Shown piece after piece: positions 28,694 to 39,303 of a DNA stretch of 64,000 bases. The notes under the pieces are model-generated. The model was not told the origin of the DNA. It saw only the letters and a list, made by a program, of their open reading frames with translations, and searched no databases. This DNA is from Escherichia phage T4: sequence record OL964735.1; one strand, 5' to 3'. The first letter of the stretch is position 1; each line of letters opens with the position of its first letter. The position numbers and the translations under genes were made by a program.

Positions 28694-29653
28694 TCACTTC
28701 CACTGCATTTCGCATGCTAATTGAATGAAAAGATAAGCTAAATGCAATTCAGTATTAGCTGCAATACCATGATACTGATTATTTTCGCCGACAATTTCGT
28801 ACATACGAATAATACTTTGTGGAGTTACACGTGAATAGATTTCTTCGGCAAGTTTACCCACGAACCACGAATAATCAGCCGCATATTTTGGTGCTAAAGC
28901 TCTGAGTTGTTTAACATCTTTATTTTTGAGAGACTCAAGAACATCATCAATAGCACCACGATCGTTAGTAACCAGTGATAAAATACCAGCATCCAAAACA
29001 CCTTTAGACGAATAACTATCGAGCTCGCCAATAGTTTTACGAAAATCAGGAAAATTCTTTTTAACCAAAGCTGCTACAACTTTCATATCAGCTATAGCAA
29101 TTCCTTCATGCTTGCAGATTTCAGTCAATCGACGAATCATCTGCTTCATCATTTCAATTTTATCTTCATCAGTTGGTTGACCGAATGTAATAACTCGGCA
29201 GCGTGACTGAAGCGGTTTAATAATACCATCAATATTATTAGCAGTAATAATAATACTACAGTTTGAACTATAAGCTTCCATAAAGGAACGAAGATGTCGC
29301 TGAGACTCTGCTAACCCTGAACGGTCAAATTCATCAATAACGATTACTTTTTGACGACCATCAAATGAAGCGGCGCTGGCAAAATTAGTCAAAGGACCAC
29401 GAACGAAATCAATTTTACAATCTGACCCATTCACAAACATCATATCAGCATTTACATCATGACATAATGCTTTTGCTACAGTTGTTTTACCTGTTCCTGG
29501 AGAAGGAGAATGAAGAATAATATGTGGAATCTTACCTTTACTTGTAATAGATTTAAAGGTTTCTTTATCAAAGGCGGGAAGAATACATTCATCGATAGTA
29601 GATGGACGATATTTCTGTTCAAGAATGTGTTCTTTTTCATTTACAGTAATCAT
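28694..29653 (-). CDS. 44: clamp-loader ATPase gp44, 319 aa
   Basis: ATG at 29651-29653 gives [22 protein letters not shown]...; Walker A GTGKTT; track ORF starts 5 codons upstream at TTG. Confidence 0.92.
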
Positions 29654-29688
29654 AATTTCCTCATTCAAGTTTTAGTGTAAATTATAAA

Positions 29689-29700
29689 GGGCCGAAGCCC
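29689..29700 (-). terminator. intercistronic GC hairpin (GGGC-UUCG-GCCC) between genes 45 and 44
   Basis: Plus-strand GGGCcgaaGCCC; no strong U-run, likely RNA processing/stability element. Confidence 0.5.
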
Positions 29701-29704
29701 TCTA

Positions 29705-30391
29705 TTAAAAATCGTGGGTAGAATCAGCTTCAAGAGCTACCACATAATTCGCGTGTTCACCTTCAAATTTAGCAGCACCTTGTTTACCTTTTGCCCAAAG
29801 CAGAAGTTTATAATTTCCTGGTTGCATTTTCATATTTGCCATATTGATAATGAAATTAAATGTATTTTCACCATCATAATCACCAAGAGTCAAAGAATAT
29901 TTAACACGGGTCAGAGCAGAATCTTCTACTTTATTAAAACCGTTAATTACGATTTTACCTTCTTTTACCGTGATAGCAATTGTATCAATTTGCAGACCAC
30001 GAGATACACGCAACAGCTGTTGAAGGTCTTCAGCTTTAATTTCAGTAACAGCAGATGCTACCGGGAATGGAATTGGTTTATTAGGAGCAACTACTGTACT
30101 CGGATCGGCTGCTGGCCAAAAAATTGTTGAGCGGGCATCAGCAATTTTAATATTTCCATCTTCTGACTGGGAAATTTCTGCATCATCATTAACTAAAGAC
30201 AGAATACCGAGAAAACCGTTCAAATCGTAAATTGCTACATCAAAATCAATAACGTCAGAAATATTTGCTTCCGCATAAGTTGTACCATTAACTGCGCGAG
30301 TCATAATAAATTGACCGGATTTAAGCATAATACCAGAGTTAATAGTAGCGAAATTTTTAAGCAGAGCAGTAGTATCTTTAGACAGTTTCAT
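29705..30391 (-). CDS. 45: sliding clamp gp45, 228 aa
   Basis: Sequence MKLSKDTTALLKNFATINSGIMLKSGQFIM... matches recalled T4 gp45. Confidence 0.95.
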   Translation of the reverse strand: MKLSKDTTALLKNFATINSGIMLKSGQFIMTRAVNGTTYAEANISDVIDFDVAIYDLNGFLGILSLVNDDAEISQSEDGNIKIADARSTIFWPAADPSTVVAPNKPIPFPVASAVTEIKAEDLQQLLRVSRGLQIDTIAITVKEGKIVINGFNKVEDSALTRVKYSLTLGDYDGENTFNFIINMANMKMQPGNYKLLLWAKGKQGAAKFEGEHANYVVALEADSTHDF

Positions 30392-30422
30392 GTAATTTCC
30401 TTCAATTCAAATGAGATTTAAT

Positions 30423-30447
30423 TTTATAACTAATTTAATAAAGCAAT
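30423..30447 (-). promoter_or_regulatory. putative MotA-dependent middle promoter for gene 45 (MotA box ATTGCTTTA 30439-30447, -10 TATAAA 30423-30428)
   Basis: Minus-strand ATTGCTTTA 10 nt upstream of TATAAA; overlaps the rpbA stop codon. Confidence 0.5.
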
Positions 30448-30836
30448 TAACGATTAAAATCAGCCGCAATTGTTTCCGCAACAATTTGAGCAGCAACAAT
30501 TAGACGTTCATCTGCATTACCGCAATAATCATCTTCAAGGCGTTCACCACATGAAGTCATAATAAATTTAGCACCGGCGTTTAGGGATTCTGTAGTATGT
30601 TTGCGCATTAGTTCAATCCATTTATTACTTACTTCACGATCGATAGCTTCATAATACGCATGACGAGCAGGTGCAGATTTAATTTTGTTCTGAATAACTT
30701 CCATTGCGTTATCAGAAAGAGACAAAACCCATGCTCGACGAATTTTATTTTGGTTTTGTGGATTTGATTCAGAACGCACGTGTTTTGGCTGAATATCTTT
30801 TACATCAACAGTATAATTCACAGTAATTTTAGTCAT
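30447..30836 (-). CDS. rpbA: RpbA RNA-polymerase-binding protein, 129 aa
   Basis: Length and position match T4 rpbA. Confidence 0.8.
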
Positions 30837-30845
30837 AATACACCT

Positions 30846-31034
30846 TTAGTCATAATAATCAGTAACAGTCCAAGCTTCATTTCTATTGGACATTATTTTT
30901 GTATATTCTGCTTTAAATGCATTCCTAAGCATAGATTCAGTAACTATATGCTCTTCATTAGAAAAATTATTTCTCAGAATATATCGTTTTATTTCAGGAA
31001 TAGTTAATAGATGCTGTCCAGTTGAATATTCCAT
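30846..31034 (-). CDS. hypothetical small protein (62 aa; positional 45.2)
   Basis: ORF in track. Confidence 0.55.
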   Translation of the reverse strand: MEYSTGQHLLTIPEIKRYILRNNFSNEEHIVTESMLRNAFKAEYTKIMSNRNEAWTVTDYYD

Positions 31035-31089
31035 GTTTTTCCTCCATAGAGATTATACTCTAATAAATTAAAGCATAATCTCTTATAAA

Positions 31090-32772
31090 TTAAACCATTA
31101 CAGTAAATCGACCAACTTTCTTCATTTGAAGATGCTGACCATATTCTTGCGGGTCATGGTCTTTATGCGAAATTATAAAAACGTTAGTGTTTTTCATTGA
31201 ATTTATAATATTAGCTACACCTTTAATACCTTCGGCATCAAATGACCCATCAAACACTTCATCAAGAATTAATGTACTAATACTAACACCAGATACGATA
31301 GAAGCAATATCACGCCAAGTAAATAAAAGAGCAATATCGATTCGTGCCTTTTCACCTTCACTAAATGAAGCATAACTAAAATCTTCACGACCACGGGATT
31401 TAATTGTCTCATTAAATTCTTCATCTAATGTAAACACATAATCCGCTTCCATTATTTTAAGATAATGGTTAATCTGCTTATTAAATAATGGAATGTACTT
31501 TTTAATAATAGCACCTTTAATACCAGAATCTTTGAGCATATCAGTCAAAATTCCTCGGTGGTATTTTTCCATTACTAAATTAGTTTTTGTCTTAACAATT
31601 TTATCAAGTTCTTCTTGAAGCAGTGCTATTTCATCAGCATGGTCAATAAACTCAGAAGATGCTTTTTCTATAGCCGCTTTAACTTTTTTAGCTTTATCTA
31701 CTGCTGCGATCAGAGATTGCTTTTTATTGCGAATATCATTTGCCAACGACTGCTGGGTTTTAATATTATCTCGGTATTCATCAACAAGAACTTTTAAATT
31801 ATCACGATGTGTTGAAAGCTGTTCAAACGAATGTGTGCATTCAGAAACTTTATCTTTAATTTTAGAAACAACTTTATCACCGGAACTCAATTGTGACAAA
31901 CAGGTTGGACATAATCCACCTTCGTGATACATATTAATGACTTTATTATACGAGTCAATTTTTGATTTAATTAAAAATGCTTCTTGACCGATTTTATTAA
32001 ATGCATCAGTCGGGTCTTCGTCCAAAACAATATTAACTAATCTTTCGTTAGCTTCTTCTATTTCCGATTTTAGCGTTCTAGCTTCTTTTGCCAAATCATC
32101 ATACATATTTTGTAGACGAGTAAGGTTGTCACCCGTTAATTTTTTCTGGCGTTCAACATTATCATTATATATTTTAATTTGTTGGATAATACTATCTTTT
32201 TTAACATCAAGCACTTGGTTCTGCGAATTTAATTCACGTATTAGTGCTTTATTAAGCTTATCCATTTCAGCTAATGTTCCTACCTCAAGCAGGTCTTCCA
32301 CAAGCTTTCTTCGCGCAGGGGTCGACAAACCCATGAAAGGGGTATACCCTGCTGTACCAAGGACAACAATCTGCTTGAAACTGGCATATGACATTCCGAT
32401 AAGCTGTTCAAATTCTGCTTGGAAATCTTTACTGCTGGCAGATTCATTAAGACGTGTACCGTTAACGGTGATTTCGAAAACGTTTGGTTTTTGTCCTCTT
32501 TTGATATAGTACTTTTTCTCATCATATTCCATCCACAGTTCAACTAAAAGTTCTTTCTTATTTGTGCTGTTTATTAATTGACCTTTCTTTACATCGCGAA
32601 ATGGCTTACCAAAAAGCCCAAATGTGATGGCTTCTAGCATAGTAGACTTACCACCGCCATTTCGTCCAGTAATAAGAGTTTTTTGAACCTTATCTAATTG
32701 AATGTCAATCCCATTTTGACCAACTGACATTATATTTTTATATTTTACTCTATTAAGTTTAAAATTCTTCAC
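31090..32772 (-). CDS. 46: recombination nuclease subunit gp46 (Rad50/SbcC-like ATPase), 560 aa
   Basis: Walker A GRNGGGKST, coiled-coil middle, signature/Walker B at C-terminus; length matches T4 gp46. Confidence 0.92.
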   Translation of the reverse strand: MKNFKLNRVKYKNIMSVGQNGIDIQLDKVQKTLITGRNGGGKSTMLEAITFGLFGKPFRDVKKGQLINSTNKKELLVELWMEYDEKKYYIKRGQKPNVFEITVNGTRLNESASSKDFQAEFEQLIGMSYASFKQIVVLGTAGYTPFMGLSTPARRKLVEDLLEVGTLAEMDKLNKALIRELNSQNQVLDVKKDSIIQQIKIYNDNVERQKKLTGDNLTRLQNMYDDLAKEARTLKSEIEEANERLVNIVLDEDPTDAFNKIGQEAFLIKSKIDSYNKVINMYHEGGLCPTCLSQLSSGDKVVSKIKDKVSECTHSFEQLSTHRDNLKVLVDEYRDNIKTQQSLANDIRNKKQSLIAAVDKAKKVKAAIEKASSEFIDHADEIALLQEELDKIVKTKTNLVMEKYHRGILTDMLKDSGIKGAIIKKYIPLFNKQINHYLKIMEADYVFTLDEEFNETIKSRGREDFSYASFSEGEKARIDIALLFTWRDIASIVSGVSISTLILDEVFDGSFDAEGIKGVANIINSMKNTNVFIISHKDHDPQEYGQHLQMKKVGRFTVMV

Positions 32773-33032
32773 AAAAGATTCCTTTTAATGTATCTTTTAG
32801 ACCATTCTATCATATCATCATAATCTAAAAAGTATTCATCAAATTCAGCCATGCAAACAACGCCTTGTGCTGTTTTTGATGTGATATAAATTATTCCAAC
32901 ATATCTAGAATCTTCTTCGGTATAATCAATATTTGCTATGAATTCATCATTAATGTCAAATGTCGAAAACTTCACAGTATGCATCCTTAATACAAGATAC
33001 AGCCATATCTCGTAATGATTTAGGTGTGTCAT
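32769..33032 (-). CDS. hypothetical small protein (positional 46.1; start uncertain)
   Basis: ORF in track; overlaps the next ORF by 77 nt, so the real start is probably an internal ATG. Confidence 0.5.
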   Translation of the reverse strand: MTHLNHYEIWLYLVLRMHTVKFSTFDINDEFIANIDYTEEDSRYVGIIYITSKTAQGVVCMAEFDEYFLDYDDMIEWSKRYIKRNLL

Positions 33033-33219
33033 TATCTAAAATGTTGAAGTTAAAAGATACAGCCCAGTCAGTGCAGACAGTAACCTTTTTAATACAATTA
33101 TCTTCAACCTCTAACGGTTCAAACCAGTATTCAATAATTTCTTTATGACCAATATCATCTTTTACTTCACATTTAAAATGCTGACTCATCATAACATTTT
33201 TAAATTCATCAAAAGTCAT
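32956..33219 (-). CDS. hypothetical small protein (87 aa; positional 46.2)
   Basis: ORF in track; ATGA overlap with gene 47. Confidence 0.55.
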   Translation of the reverse strand: MTFDEFKNVMMSQHFKCEVKDDIGHKEIIEYWFEPLEVEDNCIKKVTVCTDWAVSFNFNILDNDTPKSLRDMAVSCIKDAYCEVFDI

Positions 33220-34235
33220 TGTGTTGCCTCTACATATAGCTGATTTGCATATTGAATAAGTGCTTCACGGTCAGAATCAGTGATGTCTGGAATTGCATTA
33301 ATATACTCTTCCATTAATGTCTGAAGCGATTGAACTTCAACTTCTTCACTGTCATCTGACTCGACAGAGTTATCAATCTTTGACACAACTCGTAATGAAT
33401 GCACAACTTTTTCTAGTTCAGATTCGAACTTCGTCAGATTTTTGTCTACTTCAGTTACTATAACACGTACTGATAGATTTGTAAAATCTTTATAGTCAAT
33501 TTTTCCTTTAAATGGATAATGAATTCTACGATGCCAGGTAGTATTGTTTGGAATAAATTCCGTTCGTTCTGTTTCTGTATCAAACATCCAGAACCCACGA
33601 GGGTCATTCTCGTCACCTGCGGTTAGTGTCCATGGTGTCCCAATATATCTGACGTTTGCAGCCTCAGAAATAGTATGGAAGTGACCAGACCACACTTCTT
33701 TATAAGTCTTAAGGAAATCGGGTTCAAGACCATGAGATTTCATTCCTTTATAAAAATAAAATCCATTCAGTTCCCAGTGACCAACACAAAAAGAAGCAGA
33801 TGAAGTTTTGATATGCTCAAGAATTTCACCAGTATTTTCTTCGCACATCCAAGGAATCAAATCAATCAAACACCCGTCAAAATCTACTGTAGTAGGCTTA
33901 TCATACACTTTAACATTAGGATATTTAGCCAAAAGCTCAGTAGAAGCATTTGGATGCATTACATTTTTATAGTGGAGATCGTGATTTCCTACAATAGTGT
34001 GTAATGTAATTCCAGCATCATCAAGCGTTTGAACTATTTCACGGGCAAACTCCATAGTTTTATGTGTGATCGCTTTTCGCACATCAAAAATATCACCGTA
34101 TTGAATCCAGGTAGTAATTCCATTTTTCTTAGAATATTCTATCGCTTGCTTAATTCCATCAATTTGAATACCGCGAATCCACTCATCATCAGCTTTAACG
34201 CCTAAATGCCAATCACCTAAATTTAAAATTTTCAT
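33216..34235 (-). CDS. 47: recombination nuclease subunit gp47 (Mre11/SbcD-like), 339 aa
   Basis: Calcineurin-like phosphoesterase motifs (GDWH..., GNHD); length matches T4 gp47. Confidence 0.92.
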   Translation of the reverse strand: MKILNLGDWHLGVKADDEWIRGIQIDGIKQAIEYSKKNGITTWIQYGDIFDVRKAITHKTMEFAREIVQTLDDAGITLHTIVGNHDLHYKNVMHPNASTELLAKYPNVKVYDKPTTVDFDGCLIDLIPWMCEENTGEILEHIKTSSASFCVGHWELNGFYFYKGMKSHGLEPDFLKTYKEVWSGHFHTISEAANVRYIGTPWTLTAGDENDPRGFWMFDTETERTEFIPNNTTWHRRIHYPFKGKIDYKDFTNLSVRVIVTEVDKNLTKFESELEKVVHSLRVVSKIDNSVESDDSEEVEVQSLQTLMEEYINAIPDITDSDREALIQYANQLYVEATQ

Positions 34236-34395
34236 ATATCAAGAACCGTCATTGAAATGCAAAATAAAATTATTGAAATAAATCCATCTGGAGTGCTAAA
34301 GAACCCAATCCAACATGCTCTAGTGAATAGATAAAATGCAAGAAAAAGTATCACATATCCAAGAAATATCATTATATCAAACTCCGTATAAAGCT

Positions 34396-34413
34396 AAAGG
34401 GCCGAAGCCCTTT
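34396..34413 (-). terminator. GC hairpin (GGGC-UUCG-GCCC) after the alpha-gt stop
   Basis: Plus-strand aaaGGGCcgaaGCCCttt overlapping the alpha-gt stop codon. Confidence 0.5.
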
Positions 34414-35614
34414 ATTTTGTAATAATGTCAAACTGTTCTTTAAAGCAGAAGCTTGAATCTTGATGCTGATACAAAAATTCATATGCTTTTTCTCGCTCAC
34501 GGTCATAAAGAGCTCGGTCAGATGACAGTTCTTTAATACGTTCAAATGTTGATTCCATATCATTTTCATCAAACCAAATGATACCGCTATCATGCGAGGT
34601 CAAAGGAGTATTATCAACACGGAATTTTAAATTTTCGCCAGTAGATTTCCAAAATACCGGAATTGTTCCACATGCACCAAGCTCGAGATGAGTATATTCG
34701 AGTGAGCGTTGTAAGTATTTCTGGTTAAGTTTACTCAACTGATATCCAAAGCCAGATTTACTCATTCGTTCAAGCATTTCACTATTAATATAACAATCTA
34801 GGATTTGTGCCGGTTGATTCGGCGCGAGATTCATTTTATCAATCTCACGATTACCGTAATATTCATACGGAATACCTTTTTCCTTAATTGCAATAAAAGC
34901 AGGGGAACGTTCCAGACCTTCCATTACAGTGGATTTACCAGCAGGTTTTAAGAATTTTTCATGAAAATCAAACATCTGGTAAAAACCTTTCCATGTAGTC
35001 GTACGACCAATCCAACGGTTGATATTCATGTTAATTTCAGAAACATCTTTCCAATAAGTTGACCGAACCTTCACAATATCCATAGGAGGCTGAAAATTAT
35101 ATACTGTCGGTGCTTCTTCAATATCATCAAACAGAGAAACAGTTTCTGGATACCATTCTTTCATCAGAACTTTATTAAAATCACCATTATCAGAATGGCT
35201 AAAAATAACATCAGCTCGACGAACAGTTTCTTCTAATCCCAAATTTCGACGCAAAGAAAGAACAGAATGATCATGCTGATAAACTACAACACGAATAGAA
35301 GGTTTAATATTATCTAAAAGTTTTTTATAGTTATTAATCGTAGCTTCTTGAACGGAAGTAGCAGGAACAGAATTAATAATTAGAATATCACAATCATTTA
35401 CTAGCTTAAGTGCTTTATCGTATTCTTTAGCTAAAATAACTGGAATTGAAAATGATTTGTGGTCATGAGAACTTGTACGAGTAAATGATTTATCTTTAGC
35501 ATAAACCAAAGTTACTTCATGACCATTTTTAATAAACCAATCACGTTGCTCGAGTGAGAATTTTGTTACACCACAACCTTCAAGACCTCGAGCCATAAAA
35601 ATGCAAATACGCAT
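34412..35614 (-). CDS. agt: DNA alpha-glucosyltransferase, 400 aa
   Basis: Length and position match T4 alpha-gt. Confidence 0.88.
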   Translation of the reverse strand: MRICIFMARGLEGCGVTKFSLEQRDWFIKNGHEVTLVYAKDKSFTRTSSHDHKSFSIPVILAKEYDKALKLVNDCDILIINSVPATSVQEATINNYKKLLDNIKPSIRVVVYQHDHSVLSLRRNLGLEETVRRADVIFSHSDNGDFNKVLMKEWYPETVSLFDDIEEAPTVYNFQPPMDIVKVRSTYWKDVSEINMNINRWIGRTTTWKGFYQMFDFHEKFLKPAGKSTVMEGLERSPAFIAIKEKGIPYEYYGNREIDKMNLAPNQPAQILDCYINSEMLERMSKSGFGYQLSKLNQKYLQRSLEYTHLELGACGTIPVFWKSTGENLKFRVDNTPLTSHDSGIIWFDENDMESTFERIKELSSDRALYDREREKAYEFLYQHQDSSFCFKEQFDIITK

Positions 35615-35672
35615 AGTTTTCCTCTTTTCATTTAATAAATCATGTAAATAATATTTTATTTTCTATAAAACG

Positions 35673-36467
35673 CTACGAATAGGCCCAAACATATCCATAA
35701 GCAATTTTGCTTTTTCCAGATATGCACTTTTTAATATTAGACATGCATCCTTTAACGGATACAGCTGCGTCTTTAATTCTAGGAAATACTCGTAATAATT
35801 TTCCAGTAGTATCATATTGAAATACTGGCACATTTCTTTTCTGAGTTATCCCACGTTTAGATTTAGACATTTTTTGTTTAGTTGCATTAGACATCCTAGA
35901 GGGCTTTCCTATGTTATCAGAATAATAATATTTCCATTGAAATCCTCCAGCGGTTTTCCTTTTACCATCTACACATTGTTTAATTGAAGTTGAACAGCTA
36001 TATGACATATCTTCTGCAGCATCTGTAATACATCTATATTTGCGAATAAAATTTCCATTTAAATCATATTGATAAATTGGTTTTCCAGCATTTCGTCTAG
36101 CGTTAGACATGTATTTTTTATTATCATCATCTTTCCAGAACTCTTTCATGCTTTCCGATATTGAAGAAGATACAGCTGTTTTAATCCATCCATACATTTT
36201 ATTATTTAGTCTTGTTCCGTCAGAACTATAACACATCATACGAATAGCTAAAGCCAATTTAGGAAGTCTATAAATTTTAAATAATAATAAATGCGCGGTA
36301 AAATGTTCTTCTGGTGTCAAAAGAACTAAATTAGTTTTATCATCTGTACCACCCATACATCTAGGAATTATATGATGTGTTTCAGTATAGTATGTCAAAA
36401 GACTTTTATCATTGCCTCTGTTTAGTCCTTTTTCGATCAGTAAATTATATATGTTTAAATAATTCAT
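35673..36467 (-). CDS. mobB: HNH homing endonuclease MobB, 264 aa
   Basis: N-terminus MNYLNIYNLLIEKG and HNH motif HHIIPRCMGGTDDKTNLV. Confidence 0.8.
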   Translation of the reverse strand: MNYLNIYNLLIEKGLNRGNDKSLLTYYTETHHIIPRCMGGTDDKTNLVLLTPEEHFTAHLLLFKIYRLPKLALAIRMMCYSSDGTRLNNKMYGWIKTAVSSSISESMKEFWKDDDNKKYMSNARRNAGKPIYQYDLNGNFIRKYRCITDAAEDMSYSCSTSIKQCVDGKRKTAGGFQWKYYYSDNIGKPSRMSNATKQKMSKSKRGITQKRNVPVFQYDTTGKLLRVFPRIKDAAVSVKGCMSNIKKCISGKSKIAYGYVWAYS

Positions 36468-36502
36468 TTTAGTTTATTTTACCAAAAAATTTATAAAGCA
36501 AT

Positions 36503-36522
36503 ATAGGAGCCGAAGCTCCTAT
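36503..36522 (-). terminator. GC hairpin (GGAGC-UUCG-GCUCC) downstream of the 36519 ORF
   Basis: Plus-strand ataGGAGCcgaaGCTCCtat. Confidence 0.5.
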
Positions 36523-36710
36523 CCACATAATACGCCATACAGAGGCTCGTTAGAACTTTTAAATTTTATGCGCTTATATGTTATAGTTCCTTCTGCTTTA
36601 GCTTTATCATGAGCCTCTTTAAAGCGTCTCATCATTTCCTCTCTAGAGGAACGAATTTTATTATAATCTATTTCAGAAGTCGGATGTTCATCTTTCACAG
36701 TTGCCACCAT
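36519..36710 (-). CDS. hypothetical small protein (63 aa)
   Basis: ORF in track. Confidence 0.5.
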   Translation of the reverse strand: MVATVKDEHPTSEIDYNKIRSSREEMMRRFKEAHDKAKAEGTITYKRIKFKSSNEPLYGVLCG

Positions 36711-36901
36711 TTTTTGACTTGATAAGAATCAACCCACACTTTCATATTAGGGTCTGCTCTTACAATAGGAGGATTAACTTCTTTGATTGAACTATCACGG
36801 TATTCTTTTTCAGAAATTTTCACGCAAAGATGACCATTCAAAGATTCAGTAAATCCTGCATTAATTTTAAGACGCTTGAATTTTACGTGTGTAAGCATCA
36901 A
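36695..36901 (-). CDS. hypothetical small protein (68 aa)
   Basis: ORF in track. Confidence 0.5.
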   Translation of the reverse strand: MMLTHVKFKRLKINAGFTESLNGHLCVKISEKEYRDSSIKEVNPPIVRADPNMKVWVDSYQVKKWWQL

Positions 36902-37184
36902 TCATATCCTCAATCTGCGATCTAGTAGTCTTCCAAAGAATACTGATGAGTTCATCGTTATATGGCTGTTTTAGAATATCCCGACTTTTCTTGATAGCAT
37001 ATTCGTATTGAGCAAAATTATTATTTTCAGCTGCGATCTGAGCGTGCTTATAAAGACGATTCAGTTCGCGTTTGTTTTTAGACAATAACTTATTTGCTTT
37101 TCTTTCTGCTTCAAGACGGTTCTTTTCTTCAATAGAAGAAATAAGCTTTTCCACTTCATCATTAATTTCGGGTTTATCAGTCAT
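36867..37184 (-). CDS. hypothetical protein (105 aa)
   Basis: ORF in track. Confidence 0.5.
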   Translation of the reverse strand: MTDKPEINDEVEKLISSIEEKNRLEAERKANKLLSKNKRELNRLYKHAQIAAENNNFAQYEYAIKKSRDILKQPYNDELISILWKTTRSQIEDMIDAYTRKIQAS

Positions 37185-37185
37185 A

Positions 37186-37431
37186 TTATTTCTCTAATAT
37201 AAAATAAAAATCATCATCTGTTAAATGATACCGATAGTTTAATTCTACACCATTAGATTTAAAAGCGGTATCATACGGATTTTCTGGATCAATATCAATG
37301 TCAAGAGCTAAAACTTCCCTGAGATACATTTTAAGTAAATAGGGAATAGCTTCAACTTCAGGTATTTCTTCCAAGAATCCGGAGAGGTTAATCGTTAGCC
37401 TCATATAAAAAATCCAAACTAGGAGAATCAT
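37186..37431 (-). CDS. hypothetical small protein (81 aa)
   Basis: ORF in track; overlaps the gene 55 end. Confidence 0.5.
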
Positions 37432-37945
37432 CTACAACACTTTTCTTTTCAGCCCCCGGTGTTCTATAGGTTGATTCTTCGTAATGCGTCATTTTATCAT
37501 AGATGTCTTGAATAAAAGTTTCATCTACTAACGCAACCATATCGTCGTCACGGCTGTCATAGACATTGTGAACGAAGTAACTATATTTCTTTGCAACTTC
37601 CTTACGTTCTTTTTTAATACGTTGGACGAATGCATTAAAACAAGCTTGAGTTATATACGCATGTGGGTTTTTATATTTCGTTTCATCAAAATTGTGAAGC
37701 CCCTTAATAGAAGCTTCTATACCATCTGCAATCATTTCTTGTTTCCAAGACTGGGTGTATCCTGAAAAGTTGAAACGTTTAGATAAGCCTTCTGCAATAA
37801 GCATAATGGCTAATCCGATAGTATCATTCTGACGAACTACTTTATTTGGGTCTTTATTATTTGCTAATTCTGTTTTCCAATCAATAATAGCTTGTAAAAG
37901 CTCTTTATTGTTTACGTAATTATATTTAGGCTTAGTTTCTGACAT
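37388..37945 (-). CDS. 55: late-transcription sigma factor gp55, 185 aa
   Basis: ATG at 37943-37945 gives [24 protein letters not shown]...; SD GAGGTG upstream; matches recalled T4 gp55. Confidence 0.9.
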
Positions 37946-38027
37946 TTTCACCTCTTAGCTCAATTCATAGATCTATTATATCATAATATTTGAAGACCTA
38001 TCTTAAAGCATAGAGGATGAATCAATT

Positions 38028-38243
38028 TCAAGCATTCATCAGATTAGCCGCTCCAAGAGCTGCATCTAGTGAATCAAATTGGTCAACATATTCAATTAAT
38101 TCGCCGTAATTAGCGTATAACCACCATTGGCTAAATTCATACTCAAGGATGAATCCATTTCCTTCAATTTGAGTTAAACCAATGCCATTTGTATTTACTT
38201 CATACCCAGCGAGACGTAAATCGTTAATAAGAGCTTCGTTCAT
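38028..38243 (-). CDS. hypothetical small protein (71 aa)
   Basis: ORF in track. Confidence 0.5.
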   Translation of the reverse strand: MNEALINDLRLAGYEVNTNGIGLTQIEGNGFILEYEFSQWWLYANYGELIEYVDQFDSLDAALGAANLMNA

Positions 38244-38245
38244 AA

Positions 38246-38572
38246 TTATACCTTAGTAATTTTCAGGTCTGCAAATTTTTTCTTGCGTTGATTTTTCATG
38301 CGACGAATAGTTTTATCGGAAATTTCATGCTTTTGATAAGCTTTAGATTCTACACCAAAAGCTTTAACATCAAATTCTGACAAGATATATTGAACCAACA
38401 ATTCACGGACAGTATTGCGTCCAATCTTCTGATCATTCTGTTTCATCGTTTGATGAAGCTCTTTTTCCCATTTATCCAAAATTTGAGGAGTTACAATATC
38501 GCCTTTTTCTAGCAAAGAAACTACTTTATCATATGCGTAAGAATTGATGGCGTTTTTAATTTGAATAGTCAT
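38246..38572 (-). CDS. hypothetical protein (108 aa)
   Basis: ORF in track. Confidence 0.5.
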   Translation of the reverse strand: MTIQIKNAINSYAYDKVVSLLEKGDIVTPQILDKWEKELHQTMKQNDQKIGRNTVRELLVQYILSEFDVKAFGVESKAYQKHEISDKTIRRMKNQRKKKFADLKITKV

Positions 38573-38610
38573 ACATTATCCTCAATTACGTTAAAATTTT
38601 ATTATCCAAA

Positions 38611-38626
38611 AAGGGCCGAAGCCCTT
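38611..38626 (-). terminator. GC hairpin (GGGC-UUCG-GCCC) after the 38625 ORF
   Basis: Plus-strand aaGGGCcgaaGCCCtt overlapping the ORF stop. Confidence 0.5.
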
Positions 38627-38825
38627 AGCTAAACTTTTTGGCACCCTTCCAGCCTTCGTACATCATTGCGACTGACAATGACAAAGCTCCTTCACATGCT
38701 GCATACTTATTATTCCAGAACCAATTTAGAAAAACTTCATCCTCAATACCGTTGTGTTTCATGTTCTGGAAAAATTTGGCGCGTTCTTCAGCAATTCGCT
38801 GCGATAATTTAGATTCAGGATTCAT
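38625..38825 (-). CDS. hypothetical small protein (66 aa)
   Basis: ORF in track. Confidence 0.5.
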   Translation of the reverse strand: MNPESKLSQRIAEERAKFFQNMKHNGIEDEVFLNWFWNNKYAACEGALSLSVAMMYEGWKGAKKFS

Positions 38826-38957
38826 TTAAATTTCCCAATTGCCATTTTCATCAATAAATTTAATCCAGTCATTTACTGACCACTTGGTCGTATCGCCTTT
38901 TGGAGTAACATTTAAAGTGTATAGCCCTTGCTTAAAAAGCATGCGTTTGATATTCAT
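38826..38957 (-). CDS. hypothetical 43-aa protein (start moved to ATG with SD GAGGA)
   Basis: Track ORF overlaps the upstream ORF by 77 nt; internal ATG at 38955-38957 removes the overlap. Confidence 0.4.
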   Translation of the reverse strand: MNIKRMLFKQGLYTLNVTPKGDTTKWSVNDWIKFIDENGNWEI

Positions 38958-38964
38958 ATTTTCC

Positions 38965-39303
38965 TCAGCTGTAACGATAACACTCGTTTGATTTACGTTT
39001 AGCAACTCGTTGAGAAGTATTATAATCAAAATCATCATCAATGTAAACTGATTTTTTCAACTTTCTTACTTCACCGCGTAATTGACGATTTAACTCATCT
39101 TTAACTTCTGAATCAATACCTTTCATTCTACGCCATTTATCTGAGCGAAAAATGTTTTCAACCATATCTTTATGACTTACCCCATCAGGAGCTTTACGCT
39201 TTCCGAAATAGTCATAATCACGCACTTTTAAGTCTTTACGACGATACGTTTTACCCATGGAGTTTAATTTCCTTAGCAACTGAACTAAATACAGCACGAT
39301 CAC
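38965..39303 (-). CDS. hypothetical basic protein (112 aa)
   Basis: ORF in track. Confidence 0.5.
   Translation of the reverse strand: MIVLYLVQLLRKLNSMGKTYRRKDLKVRDYDYFGKRKAPDGVSHKDMVENIFRSDKWRRMKGIDSEVKDELNRQLRGEVRKLKKSVYIDDDFDYNTSQRVAKRKSNECYRYS

Noticed and set aside
28694-29668. Longer N-terminal extensions given by the ORF track for gp44, gp56, NrdG, SegA, SegF, Pin, gp39 and several hypothetical ORFs
   Set aside because: In each case the first codon of the track ORF is TTG or GTG (checked by reverse-complementing the sequence); the next ATG gives the known protein length or has a Shine-Dalgarno and removes overlap with a promoter or neighbouring gene.
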